Source: a virus (lineage: Duplodnaviria > Caudoviricetes). From it: a DNA stretch of 64,000 nucleotides. Position numbers and translations under genes: made by a program. This document shows, one piece after another, positions 9,809-19,400 of the stretch (positions are counted from its first letter, which is position 1; every line of letters begins with the position of its first letter). The DNA lies in IMG/VR virus record IMGVR_UViG_3300029288_004137, positions 145,975 to 209,974 of that record; one strand, 5' to 3'. The notes under the pieces are model-generated. The model was not told where the DNA came from. It saw nothing but the letters and a program-made list of their open reading frames with translations, and searched no databases.

Positions 9809-10428
9809 TTTTCACCTTTATATAAAATACTATTTAAAATACGATTTATTTTGTCACTTCTTGTAAAATATAAACTCGTTTTTTGCTTGGATTCTTTCAT
9901 CAAAAACGCATCAACAGTTGATGGTTCAGTTACTATATCAAAACAAATTAATTGAAAATCATCTTCAACAATTATATCTTCCCCTTTCTCATGAACAGAA
10001 CCAAGTCCTCTAGAACTTATACCTATCTTTATGCCATCATTGATTAATGACTTTAAAATTTGTCCAGATGGGCCACTTAATACTTTTAATTTTCCATATA
10101 AATTTTTGCCTTCCCACCACAATTTCTTAATAACATGAGAAAGATTTTTTGCATCAATTTCTGAAGAATCTGGATGGTTTAATTCTCCTACAGAACGATT
10201 CTCTCTTATAAGTTTTTCATAGTTCTTAACCTCTGATTCTAATACCTCATAAGGATATATTCTTCCATTTTGGTTTTTTTCATCAGCTTTCTGAAATATT
10301 CCTGAAAGATATAAAGCACCATTATCTCTGATATCTTTTTTTTCTTCTTCTGTCAAGAGGTCCTGACAAACCCCATCTGGACATAAAGAAAAATACTCTC
10401 TAAGAATATATTTTTTATTATTTTCCAT
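9805..10428 (-). CDS. gp21: Prohead protease, T4 gp21-like
   Basis: NQNGRIYP, GELNHP, IGISSRGLGS, FDIVTEPST. Confidence 0.95.
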   Translation of the reverse strand: MENNKKYILREYFSLCPDGVCQDLLTEEEKKDIRDNGALYLSGIFQKADEKNQNGRIYPYEVLESEVKNYEKLIRENRSVGELNHPDSSEIDAKNLSHVIKKLWWEGKNLYGKLKVLSGPSGQILKSLINDGIKIGISSRGLGSVHEKGEDIIVEDDFQLICFDIVTEPSTVDAFLMKESKQKTSLYFTRSDKINRILNSILYKGEK

Positions 10429-10840
10429 TTTTTTTGCTTTCTACTAATCCCTTGTATATTTCTTTATAAATTTTGTTTTCATAAAGTCCATTAGGTAAAT
10501 CAAATGGATCATACATAGGATCTACATTAGGATCTTCTGTCCCATCCATTTCAAAATCTCTTTTTCTTGAATTTGCATAATCCATTTTTGTTTTTCCAGA
10601 ATATTTAGGATCTGGATTTAATCCTTCTACATCCCCAAATTCTTCATAGTTTGGATCTTCATTATAAAGTTCCTCTTCCTCAGGCATTTCTTCTTCATAA
10701 TAAGATTCTTCTCCAGCATCAAAACCTTGTGGATCATTATCCCAATAATCACTAAAATCTTCATTTAATTTTGATCCTTTCAATGCTCTTTTTACTTCTT
10801 CTTTTACAATCTTTTTTAAAGTATTCACTTTAATTTTCAT
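10418..10840 (-). CDS. Acidic hypothetical protein with LKKIVKEEV leader
   Basis: GGAG RBS; leader shared with neighbouring genes. Confidence 0.6.
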   Translation of the reverse strand: MKIKVNTLKKIVKEEVKRALKGSKLNEDFSDYWDNDPQGFDAGEESYYEEEMPEEEELYNEDPNYEEFGDVEGLNPDPKYSGKTKMDYANSRKRDFEMDGTEDPNVDPMYDPFDLPNGLYENKIYKEIYKGLVESKKNGK

Positions 10841-10854
10841 CTCTATTTCTCCAA

Positions 10855-11136
10855 TTAATAATCTAATAAAAATAATAAAACTTGTTCAATTTCTTCTCTG
10901 TTTTTCGAATAAACAGTCTGTAATAAATAAGTTTTTAACTGTTCATCACTTAATTTATCAAATTTTTCTTTCAATTCACACGAAGAACACTGCTCTTGTG
11001 GTTTATTCTTTGGATTTGTTTCGTAAGGATCAAGTTTCCCCTTCCCACCAGAAGCTAAAATATATGATTCTTTTTTAAGAATAGAATCTACTTCTTCTTT
11101 AATAATCTTTTTTAATAACCCTTTTTTTATTTCCAC
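10855..11136 (-). CDS. Hypothetical protein with LKKIIKEEV leader
   Basis: GTG start, shared leader, CSSC motif. Confidence 0.55.
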   Translation of the reverse strand: MEIKKGLLKKIIKEEVDSILKKESYILASGGKGKLDPYETNPKNKPQEQCSSCELKEKFDKLSDEQLKTYLLQTVYSKNREEIEQVLLFLLDY

Positions 11137-11211
11137 CTATGACCCCTTACAACAATGTGCCACTCTACGAATTGTAAACCTTTTAAATATTAAATTTTTT
11201 TCAATTCTCAT
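11137..11211 (-). CDS. Small 24-aa ORF MRIEKNLIFKRFTIRRVAHCCKGS
   Basis: AGGTGATG RBS and upstream CTATTTAT motif; fills the gap; missing from the ORF track. Confidence 0.5.
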   Translation of the reverse strand: MRIEKNLIFKRFTIRRVAHCCKGS

Positions 11212-11246
11212 ACATCACCTATTATTAAATCAATAATAACTCCATA

Positions 11247-11254
11247 ATAAATAG
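11247..11254 (-). promoter_or_regulatory. Putative late promoter motif (CTATTTAT)
   Basis: Consensus copy in an intergenic gap. Confidence 0.5.
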
Positions 11255-11267
11255 ATTAATAATTTTA

Positions 11268-12425
11268 CTATTGTACTTTTTCTTTTTCTACCTTTGAATA
11301 ATGTTTAACAAAAGTATCTTCTAGTAATTCTGCCATTTTATATAGTTCTCTTCCATATGATTTACTATCACAAAATACAGTCTTTTCTCTATAATCTTCT
11401 TTTGATACTAGCATACCTCTGTGCTTGCCATCTTTATAATGTCCAGAACCTACAATTGTTCCAGTCTTTATTATAAATCCAGTTAATCGTATTTTTTTAA
11501 GATCTTGAATTGATATAAAAATCTCTGTGTAATAAGCATTAATTTCACGATCATTATAACAGTATATAAAATGAGGAGAATCTGTTTCAACAAATTCATA
11601 ACTAAATTGAGCAAGAACTCTCTCCGTAATACTAATAAATTGCTTCTTTTTATCGTATTTTTGTTTTTCTGTTTGATTAGAAAGTTTAAAGGTAACATCA
11701 TCTGATTCTTTAGCACTTTCTTTAAGTTTTATTCTTCTCCATACTTCATCAAGATCTATCTTTTTTGGATCTAATAATCCTTCAGGAGTAGATCGTTTGA
11801 ATTTTTCTCTTTCATAATCTATTTTATTCGGATCTCTTATTCCTCCAGGAGTAGACCAATTTGTCTTTTCTCTTTCACCCTTTTCATATGGTTCTATTTT
11901 AGAAAATCTATCAGATGCATGATCAGATTTTATATTTCTTAACTTATTTAACACATTATTAATTTCTTCTTGCTCTTTTTCTTTTCTTTTGTTTATTTGA
12001 TAAAGATTTGTTTCTGGAGTATCTAAATCACCATAGTCTCTTTCTGATGCTGAAACAAACTGAATGCTTTCTTCCCCATAAATTTTATTAAGAAATTCAT
12101 CATTATACCCAAATTCATTAAGTTCATCTCTAGAAAAAATTTCTCTTACCTTTCTGTTATAATCCCAATTCCAATTATCACACAAATTTTTTAATGTTTT
12201 CATAGCATTAATAAATTGTTTCATGGAAGAACCATATTCATTATAAATTAATATACTGTTTTTACTTGTATTATCTCTAGCCTCTATATAATCTTCATAC
12301 ATAAGTCTCATTAATCCTTTAATATGCTGTGTTAAATGACCCCCCATACCTGCTGGCATTTTTGCAGATTGACCACTTACCAGATATTTAACATAGAGCA
12401 TTTCTTGTTCACTTAGTTTTTTCAT
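11268..12425 (-). CDS. Two-module hypothetical protein with internal IDLDEVWRRIKLKE linker
   Basis: Linker shared with 594-2582 and 12723-15040; duplicated EREK..STPxG..DPxKID unit just before it. Confidence 0.75.
   Translation of the reverse strand: MKKLSEQEMLYVKYLVSGQSAKMPAGMGGHLTQHIKGLMRLMYEDYIEARDNTSKNSILIYNEYGSSMKQFINAMKTLKNLCDNWNWDYNRKVREIFSRDELNEFGYNDEFLNKIYGEESIQFVSASERDYGDLDTPETNLYQINKRKEKEQEEINNVLNKLRNIKSDHASDRFSKIEPYEKGEREKTNWSTPGGIRDPNKIDYEREKFKRSTPEGLLDPKKIDLDEVWRRIKLKESAKESDDVTFKLSNQTEKQKYDKKKQFISITERVLAQFSYEFVETDSPHFIYCYNDREINAYYTEIFISIQDLKKIRLTGFIIKTGTIVGSGHYKDGKHRGMLVSKEDYREKTVFCDSKSYGRELYKMAELLEDTFVKHYSKVEKEKVQ
11728..11760. repeat. 33-bp exact repeat, copy 1 (other at 12733-12765)
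   Basis: tttattcttctccatacttcatcaagatctatc; encodes IDLDEVWRRI. Confidence 0.95.
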
Positions 12426-12730
12426 TAGTTTTCTCTCTTATTCAAATTTATTTTTATTCCATTATCATCAATTAATTGACACAAAAAATATGATGTTCCA
12501 CTACTTAAACATCCCATAACAAATATATCTAAATAAGTATTCGTTATATTAAATATACTTAATATATTTAAAAAATCACAAAACGAAAATATTATTCCAA
12601 CCCAAAAACCAATGCACATTGGACAATGAAAAAAATTATACTTTGGCCTTATTTTATTAAAAATATCACCATAAACAAGAATTTGTGTGCATCCATAACA
12701 TATAAATATAAAAAATAATAAATTAAGCAT
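12425..12730 (-). CDS. Small membrane protein with CxxC (DUF1360-like)
   Basis: Hydrophobic segments and HCPMCIGFWVG. Confidence 0.6.
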   Translation of the reverse strand: MLNLLFFIFICYGCTQILVYGDIFNKIRPKYNFFHCPMCIGFWVGIIFSFCDFLNILSIFNITNTYLDIFVMGCLSSGTSYFLCQLIDDNGIKINLNKREN

Positions 12731-12732
12731 TC

Positions 12733-12765
12733 TTTATTCTTCTCCATACTTCATCAAGATCTATC
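12733..12765. repeat. 33-bp exact repeat, copy 2
   Basis: Identical to 11728-11760. Confidence 0.95.
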
Positions 12766-13838
12766 ATATCAAGTTGACTTCTTTTTGATACATCTTCTGG
12801 TGATTTAACTTGTGGATACTTTTTCTTTGCGAATTCTACCCACTCATCCCAAGCACTTAAAATCTGCTGTTCTGTCACCATATAATATGGATTTTTTTTG
12901 TTCTCTTTTCTTTCAATTTCAATCCGATCTTTTTCAGCATAAAAAAGATCTTTCATCACATCATATAAATTTCTTTTTAACATTTTTGCTTTTTTATAGC
13001 AATCAGCAACAAATGCTTCAACTTCTTTAGGTTCCTTTAAATATTCTGTTACATCTTTAAAATCTTTAAAATTTTTAGGATCATCTATGTTTTCTTCATT
13101 TCTTTTATGCTGTCTCGTATGCGTTAATTCGTGTGTTAATGTAGATTTAAGTTCAACAACAAATTCAACCGCTAAAGCTAAAGTTCTATATTTACCATTT
13201 TTAGATTTACCATATAATTCAGGTGGTATTATAATTTCTACTTCAACCGTCTTTAAAAACCTTTTTGGATTATCAAGAATCTCATCAATTAAATTTTTTG
13301 GTACATAAGGAGCATAGTTAATAACTATATTTTTCATCAAACTCTTTTTTTCTGTTTCATAATAAGATACCAAAAACAATTCTACCTTTTTTAAAAGACT
13401 TTCATCTCTGGTATTTAAATAAATTCCAAGAATATCCAAAATATCAGATGTTGCACTTTCTGAAAGGTACTTATCACAAAATTCTGCTAATCCAGCTAAA
13501 TTTCCAATATTTTCTGGTACTTCTCTAAGAAAATTTATTACTTTTTCTAATGTTTTCTTTAAAGAATTTTCCACTTGAACTGAATTTAAATAAGATGTCG
13601 CACCACTACTATATATTTTTGAAATTTCTTCAGATTCCTTAACTTTAACACACAAAAAATCTACATCAAATCTATCATTTCCAGGAATTTCGTCTTTTGT
13701 AAAAAGAATATATTCCTGTACTGGCTCATGATTTTTTATTAAATCAATTACTTTTTGAACCACAATTCTTGATATCGCTGTTGTTGTATAATCGGTTACA
13801 CTTTCATTCAATAACATTTTAAATTTGTTTTCTTTGCT

Positions 13839-13876
13839 TTCATCAAGATCAAGCATCTTAAAACGATCTGATTCAC
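13839..13876. repeat. 38-bp exact dispersed repeat, copy 3
   Basis: Identical to 624-661 and 1938-1975. Confidence 0.95.
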
Positions 13877-15052
13877 TCTGATCTGATACTTTTTCTGATC
13901 TTGGAATATCATTAAGTTCAAGCGTTTTTGTTCTTTCTGATTCAGATTGATCATTTGCTGATTTTATTGGTATTTCGTCTAAATCTACTTGAACCCACCT
14001 ATCTTCTACTTGTTTTTTCTTCCACTGTTTATATACTTCGTCGTCTTTAATTGCTGTTTCATCTACACCATTATCAAGTAAATATTCAATAATATCAAAA
14101 TAACCATAAAGTGCTGCACTTGTTAAAGCATAATAATCAAGAACATGAATATCAGCACCATTTCAACAAGATATTTTACAATATCAAGATAACCGTATTT
14201 TACTGCCCAAAATAAAGGACCCTCCTTAAAAACATGAATATCAGCACCATGCTCAACAAGATATTTAACCATATCTAAATCACCATTTTCTACTGCCAAC
14301 CGTAAAGTGCAATCATTAACAGCATGAATATCAGCACCATGCTCAACAAGATATTTAACAATATCAAAATAACCACGTTTTGCTGCAATTCGTAAAGCAT
14401 GATCACGTTCAGCATGAATATCAGCACCTTGCTCAATTAAATTTTTAACTTTGTCTAAATCACCTTTTTTTGCTGCATCCATTAATTCTAGATCTAAATT
14501 TCTATCTTCTTTTAATAATTTTATTCTTCTCCGTACTTCATCTAGTTCAATCATATCAATTTGATTTCTTTTTGGTTCTTGTGTTTTCTTTTGTTTTATT
14601 TCACCTTTGCCATTAAAAATATATCTTAATAAATTTCTATATTCTTCAAATAAAAATTCATAATTTCTTTGTATATCTTCTTGTGTAGCATTAACAGGAA
14701 CAACTTTTCCATCTTCAAAAAAAGAATATGAAGTTAATTTACCAGTTTGCATATTAAACGACAATGTTGCTGGCTCTGCATTTTTTCTATGTAAATTTCC
14801 ATCTTTTTCCCAAAACAAAACTAATTCCTTGTTAAAATCCATATAAAATATCTTTGATGGTATTTTTTTAGGAGGTTCTATACCAATCCATCTAATTGAA
14901 TAAATACCATTTTCTGTTCCTTTTATAAACTCAATTCTTGCATTCCCAATATAAACAAATATTTCATCTTTTTTATATTCTTTTATGCCATCAGCATTTA
15001 TACCAATACTCTTTAAATAATTTATAATACGTCCTTTCATTATATCTCCAAA

Positions 15053-15610
15053 TTACCAAGTATATCTATTTGGTATATATTTTGGAATTGTCCCTTTATA
15101 TTCCTCTTGAGATATTTTTCCTAATTCTGTTGTCTCTTCATCTTCTGGATCTGTTAACCATTCTTCAAATTCATCTTTCATTCTTTTTAAGAATTCAAAT
15201 TTTGGTCTCTCATTTTCAATAAATTTTGCAATAACAAACACTATCACTTGAACTGGATCTTCATCTCCTGATATTTCTTCTTTTTTAGGAAACTTGGCTT
15301 CCATCGCTCCATATATATTACCACCTTTAACACTTTCTGGGTATATTACACCTTTCTTTTGAAGATATTGAAATAATAAATCTTGAATTTGATATACTTG
15401 ATCGTTTAAATCTTCCTTTGGAATCGCTATAACCTTGTACTCTCTCAAATCCAAAATTATATCTATATTTGGATGATCCCTAACAACAAGATTTCCATCT
15501 AACGTTTTCCTTATATTTAATTTTACCTTAACACCTAAAGATTCTTCAGGCAACTTCTCTTCTTCTTGTTGTTCTTTTTGTTCTTCACCTACTCTTACTT
15601 CAATTGCCAT
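15053..15610 (-). CDS. Hypothetical head-module protein
   Basis: Clean ORF in the operon; IRKTLDGNL..DHPNIDI, GGNIYGAMEA. Confidence 0.6.
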   Translation of the reverse strand: MAIEVRVGEEQKEQQEEEKLPEESLGVKVKLNIRKTLDGNLVVRDHPNIDIILDLREYKVIAIPKEDLNDQVYQIQDLLFQYLQKKGVIYPESVKGGNIYGAMEAKFPKKEEISGDEDPVQVIVFVIAKFIENERPKFEFLKRMKDEFEEWLTDPEDEETTELGKISQEEYKGTIPKYIPNRYTW

Positions 15611-16424
15611 CTCTGATCTCCCGAACTAACTCCTGTATTTTTAATACTTCTTGAATAAAATTTTTATCAATTTTCTTTTTATTACTATCGGTAAGATTGT
15701 TAATCACTTGCTTTGTTTTTTCTACAAGAATATTATCTTTACTTATTTCTTCTAATAATATTAATTTTGATAATTCTTCTTTTAATCTTTTGATTTCTTC
15801 ATTTAAAAAGATCTTAAGATCTATATCAGAATTTTCTCCTTCAAATGCCAAAACATATCTTTTCAATAAATCTTTTTGTTCTTCATGCAATAAAGAATAT
15901 TCTTCATTAAATTTTTTCAAAAATGTTTTAAATACAATATTATCAATAGGTACTATCTCCTTTTCTTTTTCTGCTTCTACTAACATATTTTTAATAATCT
16001 TCTCTTCTAACATAACTTTGTCAGATATCTCCAATGATTCATTTAATATTAAACAAATTGTTGCCATTTCTTTATAATTTGAAACAAAATTTTCAAATAA
16101 TTCAGGACCAAACAATGTATTAATTTTTTTAATTAATTTTGATTGTTGCTTGTATAAATCTTTTCTATTTACAAATTCTTTCTCTTTTTTAATCTCTAAT
16201 AAAACACGATTTGCTACATTATTTGTCAATCCTTTTGATTCAATTAAAACACGATATAAAGACAAATCTTTATTTAAAACTGTTCCTTTTTTAAAAAACT
16301 CTTTAATAATTGAAAGAATAGTATCTTTTTTTTCTTTTTTTTCATCCATAGATGATTTCACACTTTCTATTATAAGAATTTCATAGAGAAACGCAGTATT
16401 CCTTTTTTTATTATGTTTGATCAT
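15600..16424 (-). CDS. Hypothetical protein downstream of the portal, possibly prohead core
   Basis: KHNKKRNTAFLYE N-terminus; helical; probable ATG at 16424. Confidence 0.6.
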   Translation of the reverse strand: MIKHNKKRNTAFLYEILIIESVKSSMDEKKEKKDTILSIIKEFFKKGTVLNKDLSLYRVLIESKGLTNNVANRVLLEIKKEKEFVNRKDLYKQQSKLIKKINTLFGPELFENFVSNYKEMATICLILNESLEISDKVMLEEKIIKNMLVEAEKEKEIVPIDNIVFKTFLKKFNEEYSLLHEEQKDLLKRYVLAFEGENSDIDLKIFLNEEIKRLKEELSKLILLEEISKDNILVEKTKQVINNLTDSNKKKIDKNFIQEVLKIQELVREIRDGN

Positions 16425-19400
16425 CAATTTGTTCTTCCTCATCTTTTTTTATCAATTTTTCAATAAGTTTTATCTTTGAATCAATATTCTCTTGCTGTTC
16501 AAAAATTGCTCTAACTCTTCTTGGATAATTAGTTTTATCAATATTAAATATTGAATTGTCACCAGAAAACATATTCTTTAAATTAGGAATCGCTGTTTGT
16601 TTCTTTGTTAAACCCATCTGTTTTCTTGAAGATGGACGTTGAGACATATTACCCTGAGATCTCATACTATGAGATATTTCTTTGTGCTTGGGATTTATAA
16701 CACGTAATTCGTGATTATGCTCTTTATCTGTTGAATGCTCTTTGTACTTGCCTAAAGAAGTTTTTCCAACACTCCTTCTACCCGGTGCTGCTAAAAGCGT
16801 TTCATCCTCATCCCCTCCTTCCTTACTTTCTCCACCTCCACCACCCAACAAATCCTCTCCACCTCCTTCTTCACCTTCACCCTCTCCTCCCAATGAATCT
16901 TCATCACCCTCTCCACCTAACAAATCTTCATCAGATCCAGATATAGGAGCGCCCATATCACCACTACCACCTTCTAGCATTCCTTCAAGAACTGATTGTA
17001 ATTTACTATCTGCAAACAATTCCGCTCTGATACGTTTTTGTTCATCACTTGAAAGTTGTTTGATATTTTCATCAACCCATCTAGTAGACATACCAGAAGA
17101 TTTCGCTGCCTCTACAGCATCAAATCTTGTTTTCCACAATTCAATTTCTTGAAGTTCAGAAATCTTAGAAGGATTATTAAGAATAATTTCATAAGAAACT
17201 AAATCAGCATTCTTATATCCCATTGCAGCTAAATGTATCCTTGCTACTTTTTCTAATTCGGTCACAACTGCATTTTGTAACCTTTGTATTGTTCTAGCAA
17301 AACGAATATCTTTTTGTGAAAGAGAAGATTTATCATCATCACCCGCTTCAGCAGTTAAATAAGAAGCAGGTATCTTGATTGCTGAAAACATTTTATCTCT
17401 AAAATATTTAATATCATCTACATCACCAGTATAAGATCCACCTGCTAATGTTTCAATTTTTGTATTATCTTCTTTTCCTCTTACTGGAATTATATAATCA
17501 TCTTCAATAGATGTAGCACTATATCTTTGATCTACTCGTCCTGTTAAATGATCGACAACTTGATTTTTCTTTAAAGTCATTCTAAATTCTTCAACATAAT
17601 TTTCTTCTTCTTCTGCTGGTATGCCACCCATATCCAAATAAAAAACTCTTCTTTCTGGTGATCTGACTATACGATAACTCATTACTGCATCTTCTAACAT
17701 CGTATTATGAGAAACAATTCCATTCGCAACAAAGTTATGAATTTCATTATCTACTTGTAAATCATATGTATCTACTAATTTTTCTTCATCTATTATATGA
17801 GATACGTTTTCAAAAGAAATATCTGTATCGTCTATATCATCTAAATTTATATATAATCTATATGAATCTTTTCTTGTTATAGTCCCAAACGTTTTATCCT
17901 CATAAACACCTGCTTTCTTACTTAATTTTATTTCATTGCCTACTGCAACACCACATTGCTGACATAAAATCTGGACATCATTCATTAATTCATAATTTGA
18001 CAAACTTAATCTTTTATCTTTTTTACTTCCATCTGCATCCATTAATCCACGTAATAATTCAATTTTATTTACTTTACTTAAAGAATAAACCCACGATGGT
18101 ATTCTTTTATTTTCAAATCCACTTATAAATCCAAGTTTTTTAAATAAAGAAATACATTCTTTTGACGAAATATTTACCTGTGCTCCTTTATTCTTTTGTG
18201 CTTCAGTTAAACACATCTTTTTTTCTGGAGAAAACAAACTCTCCATTAAATTAATATAATACTGATTTTGTTCTTCATATATACCTAAAGCAAAACCAAT
18301 ACTTTTACGATCTTCATTAATCCATCCATCTCCTAACATAAATCCAAATAATCTCATAAACTCTGGGTTTGTTTTAAATATGTGATCTGTACTTAAGAAA
18401 GATTTTTTATGTATTTTTCCATTTCCAAAATAAAGATCTTCGTCTAATTTTATTTCATAATAATCTTTTGTAGTTTCCCAATTATTAGGAAGAACTAATT
18501 TGTCTGCATTTTTTGCCTTTGATCCACCATCTCCGTCACTCACTATTAAATCTTTTGCTTGTTTATATACAAACTTTCCATTTTTATCATAAACTAACAA
18601 TCCGTGATTTGGAGTAACTTCTATTTGTCTATGTGAAGTAACCACCTTAATAACTCGTTGCTTTCCCATATTCCTGCATTCTTTTACTTTAGATTCAATA
18701 AGTTTATTATTATCGAAATCATAAGATAATATTATGTCATCAGAGTGTATATCCTTTATTTGTTTATACCCTTTGTCTTTTGTCCAAAGGGGAGTATGAC
18801 TCGCACAACACAATTGCCTCCAAATCCTCCGTGCTGGATCTAGTACAGCTGTACCATATGGAGAATATTTATCATTTCCAAGCAATCTAAAATGTGCTAT
18901 TTGAAAGTTTTCAAAGGTTAAACCCCCTGAATTCCACTGAAACTGAATATATAGTGGATTATCGGAATCTTGTCCTTCTAATCTTTCTATTTCTTCTTGT
19001 GGTAATGGAATCACATTTCTAATTCCTTTTCCGTCCTTTACATCTAAAAATAGAAAAAAATCACCAAATTTACATAGAGATCTAACCCAATAAAACAAAT
19101 TAAACTCAACATTTAAAATATTATAAAAAAGATTATCTAAAACCTCTTTGATTTCATAGTTTTTACATTTTATTCTTATAATTGGACTCATCATAGAAAA
19201 CGTAGTTATTTCATCTGCATATATATCTAACGCAGATGCTAACTCTGGCATGTATTCCATTTGTTCAAAATCTTGATATCTTTCAAATCTCCACTGACTT
19301 GCCATTTGATTTGTATTAAGATTGGCAAATGGATCGTATGTATATCTTTTAAATTTTTTCCCAGAAGTTGAAGTAAATTTAAATTTATTTAAATTCTTTC

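Larger units (their letters stand above)
12723..15040 (-). pseudogene. Frameshifted modular gene (about 772 aa if repaired): LHR..PA domain + ankyrin repeats + HExxH zincin, with three linkers
   Basis: ORFs 14123-15040 and 12723-13856 are joined by an open frame 14159-13857 that continues the ankyrin repeats; one base is missing at about 14161; THELTH zincin motif. Confidence 0.8.

Noticed and set aside
11137-11139. In-frame TAG as evidence of stop-codon reassignment
   Set aside because: TAG ends several genes at natural C-termini (23161, 27820, 28988) and long genes are uninterrupted under code 11
624-14105. Dispersed repeats as a diversity-generating retroelement template/variable pair
   Set aside because: No reverse transcriptase in the window, differences are not confined to adenines, and all copies are coding
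14140-14430. catgaatatcagcacc repeated every 99 bp as a CRISPR array
   Set aside because: The period equals a 33-aa ankyrin repeat and the intervening sequences are homologous coding DNA
860-14500. Ankyrin repeats as a sign of a eukaryotic giant virus or endosymbiont origin
   Set aside because: The surrounding genes form a coherent T4-like head, portal and terminase module with bacterial RBSs
16742-17152. Pro/Ser-rich plus-strand ORF, and the other short plus-strand or nested ORFs in the track
   Set aside because: Antisense or alternate-frame shadows of real minus-strand genes (here the Gly/Glu-rich portal tail), with no motif support
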